A stretch of DNA of 64,000 nt, from positions 1 to 64,000 of IMG/VR virus record IMGVR_UViG_3300033407_000005; one strand, given 5' to 3'. The number at the start of each line of letters is the position of its first letter. Positions within the stretch are counted from its first letter, which is position 1. This stretch comes from a virus (taxonomy: Duplodnaviria; Caudoviricetes). Positions 1-8,375 of the stretch are shown here, in pieces. The position numbers and the translations under genes were made by a program. The notes under the pieces were generated by a model. The model searched no databases. It worked only from the letters and a program-made list of their open reading frames with translations, and had not been told where the DNA came from.

Positions 1-53
1 CATTACGGCGTGACGGTCGCCTACATAATCGGAGAGGCGTCGCAAGATTTATC

Positions 54-82
54 TTGACGCTGCGCGCTGCCGTCCTTATGTT
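54..82 (+). promoter_or_regulatory. sigma70-type promoter
   Basis: TTGACG(54-59)-N17-TATGTT(77-82) directly upstream of the small-ORF array. Confidence 0.7.
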
Positions 83-87
83 CTGAT

Positions 88-356
88 CCGTCAACAGCGC
101 ATCAACGCGCAAAGAGGATCAGACGATGGCAACCTACACCGACGCGCTTACGAGCATCCCTGACGGCGCCGAATGGTCCGGTTCGTTCGGCAATCCCGGA
201 GAGGGCGGATACGCCGAGTATCATCGGACACAGAACGGCGAGCGGTACGTAATCGAGAACGGCCCGTATTACGCAGTGTATCCGTTCGATTGGTCGTGCC
301 GCAGGCTCGACACCTAACGCCGTCAACAGCGCATCAACGCGCAAAGAGGATCAGAC
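88..356 (+). repeat. 37-bp exact direct repeat forming ORF leaders (88-124, 320-356); degenerate copies before ATGs at 730, 934, 1218, 2262
   Basis: CCGTCAACAGCGCATCAACGCGCAAAGAGGATCAGAC x2; consensus TCAAC-N4-9-GAGGA(T)C-N4-5-ATG. Confidence 0.9.
126..317 (+). CDS. hypothetical protein (63 aa)
   Basis: GAGGA RBS in repeated leader. Confidence 0.75.
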   Translation: MATYTDALTSIPDGAEWSGSFGNPGEGGYAEYHRTQNGERYVIENGPYYAVYPFDWSCRRLDT

Positions 357-357
357 A

Positions 358-696
358 ATGACCGATACGCAAACCCATATCACAGACTGCATCCGGGAAG
401 CGCTGGTGCGGTGCGAGACCTACCTCGTCAACACCGAGCGTGCCGACGATCCGGGCGTAATCGTCGGCAACCATGCCGACCTGCTGCGCTCGGTACGCTT
501 CGCTGTTGCGGTACTCGATAAGCCCTATGCCGATTGCGACGAGATAGAGGCCGTGCTCGGTTCCCGCAACTGGTGCATCGCTCGCCGCTCGCCGCGGATC
601 GTCGCGCGCTACGGCGCCGACGTGATCACCCTATCGCCCGCACGGTATGCCGAAGTCGAACAACGGGCGCTCGCTTTGCGCGCCGCAGCGCTCTAG
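358..696 (+). CDS. hypothetical protein (112 aa)
   Basis: GAGGA RBS in repeated leader. Confidence 0.75.
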   Translation: MTDTQTHITDCIREALVRCETYLVNTERADDPGVIVGNHADLLRSVRFAVAVLDKPYADCDEIEAVLGSRNWCIARRSPRIVARYGADVITLSPARYAEVEQRALALRAAAL

Positions 697-729
697 CCAC
701 CGGCATCAACCGCGAGAGAGGATCAGACA

Positions 730-1119
730 ATGAAGCCATGGTACGCAAGCAGGATGCGTGAAGCGCTGCGGATGGCACGGGCGCATGCCGGCAATCGCCA
801 CATGCGCGTGATCTGGCAAGAGCGGGCAGCGGATTACCGCGAGACGCTGATTGACGCGATACGCCGCGAGGCGGGCTGGACGCTCTCGGAGCGGCTGATC
901 GGCCGCAAACCTCCCATCAACAGCGAGGACACCATGAAACAGATCAGCTTGAACGAGTGGATCGCCTGGCTCGCAACCGGACTCGACCAGCCGTTCTCCA
1001 GCGACCCGGAAGATCGCGAGAATTTCCTGTTCGAACAGATCGACAAAGCGCATCGCCGCGGCGCGATCGACTCCGATACCGCCGGGCGGCTGGCCGCGCA
1101 TTTCGCCATCGCGTTCTGA
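730..1119 (+). CDS. hypothetical protein; possible internal in-frame start at 934
   Basis: leader motif before 730 and a second one (CATCAACAGCGAGGACACC) before ATG 934. Confidence 0.65.
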   Translation: MKPWYASRMREALRMARAHAGNRHMRVIWQERAADYRETLIDAIRREAGWTLSERLIGRKPPINSEDTMKQISLNEWIAWLATGLDQPFSSDPEDRENFLFEQIDKAHRRGAIDSDTAGRLAAHFAIAF

Positions 1120-1217
1120 TCCGCATATCGCAGCGCGCCAGCCCTCAACCCCTGGCGCGTCACGATGCGCGGATAGTCCGCCATCTACCGTTTCAACGCG
1201 GGAAGAGGATCACCACA

Positions 1218-2180
1218 ATGGCACGGCTCAAGAATTCTGTATCGGGATGGCGCCGCGCGTTCATGGCGCACGGCACGACGGCCGACGACGTGTCGCGGCA
1301 GGCTAAGGCCTATGTCGCCTGGCTCTGCCTCAATCGCGGCTGGTACACGGAAACCAGGATTTGCACCGAATGCCACGGCTCCGGCTGGACCTATGACAAT
1401 CGCCCACCGACGCAACCGGATTATGCCTATGAGCGGATTGCATGGCGTCGCAGCTACAAGCGCTGGGAAAAGGCCCGCGTCAAAGCCGGGAGGCCCACGT
1501 ACCTTGACGATGGCGACAAAATAACGTGCTGGGGTTGCGGCGGCTCGCGGCGCGAACGGTTGCCCGAACGTCTATACGATACCAGCCGCGCCGAGGCCTA
1601 TATGAGCGAGCAGCGCGCCGACCTGGAGGCGCTGGCGCAAGCCGGCGTCGACGGGATCAGGCATCGGTTGTTCTGGCACGGCTTCCGGCCGGTCGTGCAG
1701 AGTTGCCGCTATCCGGTCGACTCGGCCGCTGATTACGATCGTCGCGAGACGGTGCGCGCCGGCTTGGTGGCCCAGATGGACCGCGCCTATGCCGAAGCGG
1801 CCGAAGCGCGCGCCGAAGGCGAAGCGGCATACGCCGCGGCATCGGATGATGATCGATGCGCGATGCTGAACGCTTCCGATCCCGAGAACAACCCCGCCTC
1901 TCGCTACGAATATGTCCGCGCTGCCGATCGCCGGTGCGAAGCGCTGCGCAACGACCTATACGCCTTCGGCCATTGCGACGAGAACTGCTGGGCGATCCCC
2001 GGCACGGCCGAGACAATCCATGTCGGCACGAAGGGGCCGCGGCGCGGATATGACGTGAAGCCGGCGCACTCGATCGTGCTCGAGCCTGGTCGCGCGCCCG
2101 GATCAACCGAGCTCGACGCGCTCGCCGGCGAAGCGCTGGCCGCGGTCGCCGGGCCGGTCGACCTGCCGCTTGCCGCCTGA
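1218..2180 (+). CDS. hypothetical protein with CxxC pairs (320 aa)
   Basis: leader motif plus ATG 1218; CTECHGSG and CWGCGGS. Confidence 0.7.
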   Translation: MARLKNSVSGWRRAFMAHGTTADDVSRQAKAYVAWLCLNRGWYTETRICTECHGSGWTYDNRPPTQPDYAYERIAWRRSYKRWEKARVKAGRPTYLDDGDKITCWGCGGSRRERLPERLYDTSRAEAYMSEQRADLEALAQAGVDGIRHRLFWHGFRPVVQSCRYPVDSAADYDRRETVRAGLVAQMDRAYAEAAEARAEGEAAYAAASDDDRCAMLNASDPENNPASRYEYVRAADRRCEALRNDLYAFGHCDENCWAIPGTAETIHVGTKGPRRGYDVKPAHSIVLEPGRAPGSTELDALAGEALAAVAGPVDLPLAA

Positions 2181-2230
2181 ACCCCTATCGTGGAAATTTT
2201 TGGCTGCACCCCTATCGTGGAAATTTTTGG
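2181..2230 (+). repeat. 23-bp direct repeat x2, period 27
   Basis: ACCCCTATCGTGGAAATTTTTGG at 2181 and 2208. Confidence 0.9.
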
Positions 2231-2261
2231 ACCATTCAACGCAACCGAAGAGGATCGAACC

Positions 2262-2447
2262 ATGAAGACCGCACGCGACCTGACTCGCGCCGAGTTGGAA
2301 ACCATAGTCGAGACGGCACAGCGCGCATTTTGGGGTTTCAACGGCGGCTTTGAGCCCGACACCGAATGGAATTGGGATCGTGTGGAGCAAATCGCGGGCG
2401 TGATGTCGGATGCCGGGCTGCGGCCCGAAGCGGGCATCGCACGATGA
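2262..2447 (+). CDS. hypothetical protein (61 aa)
   Basis: leader motif plus ATG 2262. Confidence 0.65.
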   Translation: MKTARDLTRAELETIVETAQRAFWGFNGGFEPDTEWNWDRVEQIAGVMSDAGLRPEAGIAR

Positions 2448-2758
2448 CGACAACACCAACGACCGAACATCGCATCGCGCGCCTGATCAAGCGCCACCAA
2501 CTCTCCCGCATCGAGTTGAACACACCCGACGGGCGGCGCTTCTGGGCAGTCGCTTACCCCTCGCCGTGGGGGCAGTTCGTTAATGCGCGTCGCGAAGCCG
2601 CGTTCCGAGCCGCAGACAATTTCCCGACGTTTTCGCTGGCGGAGGCAACCGCGATCGGCGAGAAAGCCGCGGCCGATCCGATTTGCCGAATGAGCGGGGA
2701 TTCGATCCTTCACGCGATCGAGACGCTGGAGGGCGCGCTCCCGGCCTACCTCGCCTGA
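2444..2758 (+). CDS. hypothetical protein (104 aa)
   Basis: ATGA overlap with previous ORF. Confidence 0.6.
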   Translation: MTTTPTTEHRIARLIKRHQLSRIELNTPDGRRFWAVAYPSPWGQFVNARREAAFRAADNFPTFSLAEATAIGEKAAADPICRMSGDSILHAIETLEGALPAYLA

Positions 2759-2920
2759 CGCAACACCGAGCTTCCAGGGCGATGATCCTTGATCCGTGAT
2801 CGTTGCCCGTTGAGCCAGCCCGCCGGGGTGCGCTGGTGGAAGAAAGACCCCGGCATTCTCTTTCGCCCGCATGGGTGATCCCAGCGGGCTTTAGGGCGTG
2901 ACACCGCGGGAGGGAGCTAA

Positions 2921-3049
2921 ATGATTGACTTGACGGTTTGCATGCCGCTTTGGGTGCCGGTTCTCATCCTGGCAGCCCTTGCTGTGATCACTAGCTTTGA
3001 GTTTGCCTGGCTCTATCGGCGCGATCTGGCGAACCGCGCCAAGGAATGA
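2921..3049 (+). CDS. small membrane peptide (42 aa)
   Basis: GGGAG RBS; hydrophobic MIDLTVCMPLWVPVLILAALAVI; not in ORF track. Confidence 0.45.
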   Translation: MIDLTVCMPLWVPVLILAALAVITSFEFAWLYRRDLANRAKE

Positions 3050-3093
3050 GCCCGACCCCTATCGCGTCGGTGCTCTGTCGCTGGGCACCGACC

Positions 3094-3225
3094 CCCCGTG
3101 GTGAAAATTTCTGGACGCTTGGACACCTGCCCCCGTGGTGAAAATTTCCGGCGTTCCGGCCGGCACACCCCGTGGTGAAAATTTCCGGCGTTCCGGCCGG
3201 GACACCCCGTGGTGAAAATTTCCGG
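3094..3225 (+). repeat. 37-bp-period tandem repeat x4
   Basis: CCCCGTGGTGAAAATTT at 3094, 3131, 3168, 3205. Confidence 0.9.
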
Positions 3226-3270
3226 CCGACGCATCGGGTGCACCGAAGTGTGAGGAGCCTTTTCCCCTTG

Positions 3271-3954
3271 TCAAGCAGCTTCTTGCGCGGTCGTTTCCCA
3301 GGGTGCGGCGGGAGCCCGAAAGCCTGTAATCGACCAATTGGTTAGAGCACCCTCAAGGGTCCGCGCCAGCCGCCCGACGATCGTGTGCCAGCGCGCATAA
3401 ATCTCGCGTGACGCGCAAATCGCCGACGGGTGGCAGGGTTCCCAGCGCATCGTCACGATCGGTATGTGCGACTTGCGTTTCTTGCCCTTTTTCCCTTTCT
3501 TTCGTGGATAGGTCATGACTTGCACCTGTTGCGCCTCGATCCCGATAAAGCAGTCGGGCCGGGTGGCGCCCTTGGCGCAGCGCGTCACGATCACCTTCGA
3601 CCAGGGGTCGAGCTCACCCACGGCCGTAATGACGGTCCGCGCGTCGGCCGCGCCATCGCGCGCCAGCATCACCGCGGTATCGCCGCCGGCAAAGCTGCCG
3701 TGGCATCCTCGCGGGATCGCCGTATAGCCGTGGTTGAACATCGTCGCCCGGTCGGACGCGTTGCGGTGGGACACGTAGATCGTTTGGCTGTAGGCCCACT
3801 GCAGCAGTGTCTCGATATCGGTCGGCTGCGGCCCCGAGTGTTCCGCCGGCGGGCAATAGGTGACCGGACCCCCTATAGACGCAATTTCTCGGGTGACCCC
3901 TATAGACGCAATTTCTCGGGCGGCCTGGAATTTTTCGTGCTGATCGACGCTCAT
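3271..3954 (-). CDS. conserved phage protein, possibly late-gene (Q-like) regulator
   Basis: last gene of early operon; DIETLLQWAY..YARWH..APAAPW pattern; contains 24-bp duplication at 3870/3897. Confidence 0.55.
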   Translation of the reverse strand: MSVDQHEKFQAAREIASIGVTREIASIGGPVTYCPPAEHSGPQPTDIETLLQWAYSQTIYVSHRNASDRATMFNHGYTAIPRGCHGSFAGGDTAVMLARDGAADARTVITAVGELDPWSKVIVTRCAKGATRPDCFIGIEAQQVQVMTYPRKKGKKGKKRKSHIPIVTMRWEPCHPSAICASREIYARWHTIVGRLARTLEGALTNWSITGFRAPAAPWETTAQEAA

Positions 3955-4844
3955 GCGCTTCTCACCCGTTCCCTGTAGCGCCGCAATCGCTCTTCCTCGG
4001 TGACGCCCTGTTGCCGGCCATCGATCGGCAGCAGTAGCGAACGTTGACCATTCGGCGGTGGCGACGCCGGGCCGTCGCGCGGCCTACTCTCGGTCACCAG
4101 CCGCTCGAATGTTTCGCGCAGCCGTGGTGGCAATGCCGTGCTCCCCCGTTGCAGGAAGCGCTCGTAGCGGTCCCCTTCGTTGATTTCGTCGAGGAAGCGG
4201 CCATAGTCGGCGGGGCGCATGCTCCTTTGGGCGCGGGCTAATACCCGAACGGCCAACGCCTCGCGTTTGATGATTGTTGGATGCCGCCCGCTTGAATGCT
4301 CGCCCGCGTCCTCTTGAGGAGAAAAGAACCTATTGTCTCTATCTTCTTCTTGTTCCGCGGCGGGGTGAGACGGTGGATATCCCTGTGGAAAACCTTTGGT
4401 ATTGTTCCGCGCCGAATAGCCCGAAGCCTTTGGTTTATCTCGATATCGGCGATTACGCGCCGCCCTCAGCGCCCGGCGCCGCGACACCTCGGCGGCGTCT
4501 CGCGAGACGCCCTCACCGTCTCGCCGATCGTCTCCGAGACGGCGAGACGCGTCTCCGAGACGCTGAGACGTTGCCGGAACGTCTCGCCACACCTGCGCGA
4601 GGCGCAGGTCGTCGTCGACCACGCCGCTGTGCTGCAGGCTGGCCAGCACGAGCACGACCTCGGCCGGCTTCCACCCGAGCCCGACAGCGAGGGTGCGCAC
4701 CTTGTCCCGCGGTGACAGCCGGTCGAGCACCGGGTCGCCGGCGCGCAATGCGGAGAAGATGCTCCACACGACACCGGGCTTGACCCCGGCACGCCTGCCG
4801 ACGACAGCCCAGAGGGGGTGATGCCAGGTGAGGCAGTCGCACAT
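3951..4844 (-). CDS. replication initiator-like protein
   Basis: N-terminal HTH-like region, low-complexity linker with iteron-like repeats, position before Q-like gene. Confidence 0.55.
   Translation of the reverse strand: MCDCLTWHHPLWAVVGRRAGVKPGVVWSIFSALRAGDPVLDRLSPRDKVRTLAVGLGWKPAEVVLVLASLQHSGVVDDDLRLAQVWRDVPATSQRLGDASRRLGDDRRDGEGVSRDAAEVSRRRALRAARNRRYRDKPKASGYSARNNTKGFPQGYPPSHPAAEQEEDRDNRFFSPQEDAGEHSSGRHPTIIKREALAVRVLARAQRSMRPADYGRFLDEINEGDRYERFLQRGSTALPPRLRETFERLVTESRPRDGPASPPPNGQRSLLLPIDGRQQGVTEEERLRRYRERVRSA
4496..4585. repeat. 10 CGTCTC/GAGACG hexamers, candidate ori iterons
   Basis: sites at 4496, 4504, 4517, 4529, 4536, 4544, 4550, 4557, 4565, 4580. Confidence 0.6.
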
Positions 4845-5233
4845 CAGGGGTCGATCTCCTCGACGACGAGTTCCCAGGTCGTCGCGTCGACCTGGCGCAA
4901 TCCGGTGATGGCTTGTCCGTTGGCTTCGCCCCAATGCCCGGCCCAGACAGCGGTATCGACGGTCGCGACGTAACCGCCCCCTTTGTACCCCTCGAACCAT
5001 TTGCCGATCGCCAGACAGCACTCTGCGATCAGCAAGGTCGCCGACCGCGGCGGCCCCATATCGAAATCGAGCGCCAGATCCTCGTAATAGCCGCGATAGC
5101 TGTGCAACACGGTCGGTCGGTAGCGCCCCGAGCCGAGGTGCACGACCGCATCGACCGGCAAGGTCCGCAGTTCCGCCATCAGCTTACTGAGGCTGAGCGC
5201 TCCGAGAACGACACCGGGGCTCACGCGAAGCAC
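4844..5233 (-). CDS. conserved phage hypothetical protein
   Basis: HSYRGYYEDLA..GYKGG motif; start uncertain. Confidence 0.7.
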   Translation of the reverse strand: MLRVSPGVVLGALSLSKLMAELRTLPVDAVVHLGSGRYRPTVLHSYRGYYEDLALDFDMGPPRSATLLIAECCLAIGKWFEGYKGGGYVATVDTAVWAGHWGEANGQAITGLRQVDATTWELVVEEIDP

Positions 5234-5562
5234 TCCCCGAGCCCGCCGAGCGGGTCGCCGCGCTCGCGCATCACCGGCGCGTCGTCGAGCCCGCGCCGCC
5301 GCCGCATGCCTTCCGCTCGCCGGCTGAGGCCGGGGTTCCTGTTCCAGTTGCGCGCCCGGACCGCCGCGGCCCGCACCCGTCGGTCCTCCTCGCCGGCATA
5401 CCGCCGGAAGATTTCGGAGGCTGCCGTGCGGACCCGCCTCGGGTTGCGGGCATGCGGGTAGAAGGCGAGGCCGATCGCCAGCCAGGTGTCGCCCGCGCGG
5501 GCCCGGCGGATCAGCGCCGCGACCGCCGGGGCTTTCCAGTAGGCGGCGGGCGAGGCCGGCAT
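5221..5562 (-). CDS. hypothetical protein
   Basis: coupled to neighbours in operon. Confidence 0.55.
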   Translation of the reverse strand: MPASPAAYWKAPAVAALIRRARAGDTWLAIGLAFYPHARNPRRVRTAASEIFRRYAGEEDRRVRAAAVRARNWNRNPGLSRRAEGMRRRRGLDDAPVMRERGDPLGGLGECFA

Positions 5563-5564
5563 GA

Positions 5565-5822
5565 TCAGATCAGCCCCTTGTCCTTTGCCAGCCGCCCCGG
5601 CGGCGGGCCGGTGATCTTTGGCGAGAGTTTGCCGACTTCCGCCGCCAGGAAGGCTGATGGTGACGCCCGCCACTGAGCCTTGATGTTTTTGCGGTCGCGC
5701 CGGCTGAGGTATCCACGGCATTCAAGCCGGATGACTTCACCGTCTTTCCTCACCTCAACGCAATCGCGCAAGCCGCGCGCGGGCCGGAACCATGAACCGA
5801 GCCATTGCAGGAAACGCACCAT
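5565..5822 (-). CDS. hypothetical protein
   Basis: ends AKDKGLI like the upstream gene (duplicated junction). Confidence 0.55.
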   Translation of the reverse strand: MVRFLQWLGSWFRPARGLRDCVEVRKDGEVIRLECRGYLSRRDRKNIKAQWRASPSAFLAAEVGKLSPKITGPPPGRLAKDKGLI

Positions 5823-6061
5823 CAGATCAGCCCCTTGTCCTTTGCCACCCATTCCGGCATCGCGAAGGTTCCGCCTTGCGGATCGCGCTCGACCAGGGAT
5901 TTCGGGACCCACACCTCCCTGGTGCCGTCGAAGAGGAGGTAGGCGCCGTTGTCGCCCGGGGTCTCATGGCGCAGCTCGGCCTCGACATCGACGAGCTTGG
6001 GGCCGCCGACGGTTCTCCCGAGGGGGTGGCCGAAGAGATCGGTGCGGCGGGTTGCGGTCAT
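5822..6061 (-). CDS. conserved phage hypothetical protein
   Basis: VWVPKS..MPEWVAKDKGLI motif. Confidence 0.7.
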   Translation of the reverse strand: MTATRRTDLFGHPLGRTVGGPKLVDVEAELRHETPGDNGAYLLFDGTREVWVPKSLVERDPQGGTFAMPEWVAKDKGLI

Positions 6062-6498
6062 CGGAGCAAGCCGCGCCCTTGCAGATCGGATAGGAGGTTG
6101 CCCGCTGCCAGCGACATCCCCTGTGTGACGAGGTCGCCCAGCAGCTGAGCGAAGATGACCAACAACTTGTCGCGCTCGACCGCCTCAGCGATCATTCGAT
6201 CGAGGTCATCGCTGTGGCGCTCGATGTAATCCTTTGCGGCCCGCTCCAGGCGCGGCTGCAAAAGATCGATCACGATCTGATTGAACCACGATGGATGCTC
6301 GACGGTCGGCCGCGTGCCGTATCCGTTCCAGTTGGGCGCGGTTGATACTTTCGGCGTAAAAAACAATTCGTTGATCGATTTATCGACCAGACCGGCCAGC
6401 ACCTCTTCCGGCATCATTTGGCCGATATTGTCCCTGAGCTTCTCTTGGATTGCCGCTTTGAAGGCGTCCAACGGATTGTGCGGTTGAAGTTCAGCCAT
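6058..6498 (-). CDS. hypothetical protein
   Basis: 146-aa ORF, overlap coupling. Confidence 0.7.
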   Translation of the reverse strand: MAELQPHNPLDAFKAAIQEKLRDNIGQMMPEEVLAGLVDKSINELFFTPKVSTAPNWNGYGTRPTVEHPSWFNQIVIDLLQPRLERAAKDYIERHSDDLDRMIAEAVERDKLLVIFAQLLGDLVTQGMSLAAGNLLSDLQGRGLLR

Positions 6499-6558
6499 GT
6501 GGTGATGCTTCCAACATTGCGACGGGGTGGCCGAAGAGCTCGGTGCGGCGGGTTGCGG

Positions 6559-6759
6559 TCATGGGCCTTCCCAACCACGCTTGACCAGCGCCTCAATCAC
6601 GAGCCGCGCTATCCGCCGCGCCCGCTTCCGCAGCGCGAGGATGTGTGCGCGAACTTCCGGCGTCCAATCGGGCTCCGGCTTACCGAATGCCCATGGTTCT
6701 ATTTCTTGTGCCACGGCCTCGATTGCCCGTTTGTGATCGGTGCGGCGGGTTGCGGTCAT
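6559..6759 (-). CDS. hypothetical protein
   Basis: starts MTATRRTD (shared start). Confidence 0.55.
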   Translation of the reverse strand: MTATRRTDHKRAIEAVAQEIEPWAFGKPEPDWTPEVRAHILALRKRARRIARLVIEALVKRGWEGP

Positions 6760-6998
6760 GGGGAAGTGCCCGAGGTTTCATCAAGCCACCGGCGCACTTC
6801 GGCATAGTGACGATCCATATCGAAACCGGGCAGCCAGTCGCGGAATTCGTCGACCCATTTATCCGGCGGCAATTCCGTAACTCCTCGGCGCAACATTTCG
6901 TTGTGGAATTTATCGACACAATCCGAAAGGGCGTCGCGCGCGTGCGCAAGCGGCATGCGAGCGGGCGTCGCGAGTTCCGTGTTCAAAGCTCCGGTCAT
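6756..6998 (-). CDS. hypothetical protein
   Basis: coupled ORF downstream of ssb. Confidence 0.55.
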   Translation of the reverse strand: MTGALNTELATPARMPLAHARDALSDCVDKFHNEMLRRGVTELPPDKWVDEFRDWLPGFDMDRHYAEVRRWLDETSGTSP

Positions 6999-7009
6999 TT
7001 TCTCGCTCC

Positions 7010-7480
7010 TCAGAACGGAATTTCATCGTCGAGTTCATCACGTCGCACATGCGCGCCGGCCGCTGCCGGCTGGGGGTACGAAGCGCCGCTGTAATCCTCG
7101 GGGGTTGCCTCCGGCGGCCGGGTGCCGGCGCCGGTGCTGTCGAGCAGCAGGATTTGCCCGCTATAGGCCGCGAGCACGACTTCGGTCGTATAGCGCTCGA
7201 TGCCGTTGTTGTCGGTCCATTTGCGGGTTTGCATCTTCCCTTCGACGAGGAGCTTCGAGCCCTTGTTGACAAAGCGCTCGACGATCCCGACCAGGTGCTC
7301 GTTGAAGACGACGATCCGGTGCCACTCGACGCGCTCTTTCTGCTCGCCCGAGGCGCGGTCCTTCCAGCGCTCGTTGGTGGCGACGGTGAAATTGGCGATC
7401 CTCGTGCCGCCCTGCGTCGAGCGGATTTCAGGCTCGCGCCCGACATTGCCGATCAGCGTCACCCGGTTAAGCCCGCTCAT
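7010..7480 (-). CDS. ssb: single-stranded DNA-binding protein
   Basis: NRVTLIGNVGREPEIR..EWHRIVVF..DDEIPF. Confidence 0.97.
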   Translation of the reverse strand: MSGLNRVTLIGNVGREPEIRSTQGGTRIANFTVATNERWKDRASGEQKERVEWHRIVVFNEHLVGIVERFVNKGSKLLVEGKMQTRKWTDNNGIERYTTEVVLAAYSGQILLLDSTGAGTRPPEATPEDYSGASYPQPAAAGAHVRRDELDDEIPF

Positions 7481-7881
7481 AACAGCGCCCCCTGCCTTCC
7501 CTCTTTCTCGGCGACGGCGGCAATCGCCGCCTTGGCCGCGGCGAGGTATTCGCGGCTTGGGTCCTTGGTGACTTCCTGGCCCTTGCGATAGGTCCGCCAG
7601 ACCTCCTTGCGGAGAGGCTTGGGGACCATGTACCAGTGCGGCTTGCACATCGACATGGAGGGCGGAACCTCAACGTCGCAGCCGATGGCGTGGCAGTGGT
7701 GAGATATGGTAAGAGCCACTTTTTGGTGGTCCTCTAAAGAAGGCGGCGGGAAATGCGGCCACTGTGAAGTGCTGTCTTCCTCGCGAAAAGCAGGCGTAAG
7801 CTCCTCGGCGCCGCCGATTAAATGGCGGTCGCGACGCCCCTCGCTCGCCGCCTCCAACCGGGCGATCAAATCGGCGCTCAC
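7477..7881 (-). CDS. hypothetical protein with Cys/His motif (GTG start)
   Basis: SADLIARLEAA start; HHCHAIGC..MCKPHW. Confidence 0.55.
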   Translation of the reverse strand: MSADLIARLEAASEGRRDRHLIGGAEELTPAFREEDSTSQWPHFPPPSLEDHQKVALTISHHCHAIGCDVEVPPSMSMCKPHWYMVPKPLRKEVWRTYRKGQEVTKDPSREYLAAAKAAIAAVAEKEGRQGALL

Positions 7882-8375
7882 GGCAGCACCCGATCGGGCG
7901 GCGGTTCCCCGGCCGGCGCAGGGCCGCCAAGCCCAATCGTGGCCTCCTGTCCTGTTAGCCGCGCCGCCGGGGAATCCGCCGAAGCCGCCGCATCGCGCAC
8001 CCGGGCAAAGCGGCGGGATGAAGCGTCCGTCCGATCGAGCTTGCTTTGCCACCCGTCGCGGCGGTCGATCCGCGCGATATCCGCCATCAGGAGGACGCAG
8101 GCGCGGATAAGGCCCTCGCGCGGCGGGCAGTTGGCCATCTCGCCGAAGACCGCGGTCGGGAATATCTTGCTCGCGCGGTCGCGGCAGATGTCGCGCATCA
8201 CATTGCCGGCCGGGATCGAATAGGCGCACGCCGCCAGCGCATAGGCCGCGGCGGCGCGCGCCATCTCGCCGAAATCGTGCAAATCCTCCTGCTCCGGGGT
8301 GAAGCCTTCCGCCGCCTCCTGGCGCAGCCGCTCGGCGTAGATGTCGTTGAGGATCTGGTAGGTGTGGTCTCTCAT
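7878..8375 (-). CDS. conserved phage protein (AERxRQ..EG family)
   Basis: AERLRQEAAEGFTPEQEDLH..GEMARAAAAYA; paralog of 10600..11094. Confidence 0.75.
   Translation of the reverse strand: MRDHTYQILNDIYAERLRQEAAEGFTPEQEDLHDFGEMARAAAAYALAACAYSIPAGNVMRDICRDRASKIFPTAVFGEMANCPPREGLIRACVLLMADIARIDRRDGWQSKLDRTDASSRRFARVRDAAASADSPAARLTGQEATIGLGGPAPAGEPPPDRVLP

Noticed and set aside
3094-3225. CRISPR-like mini-array
   Set aside because: Intervening sequences are short and two are nearly identical; no cas genes. It is a tandem repeat.
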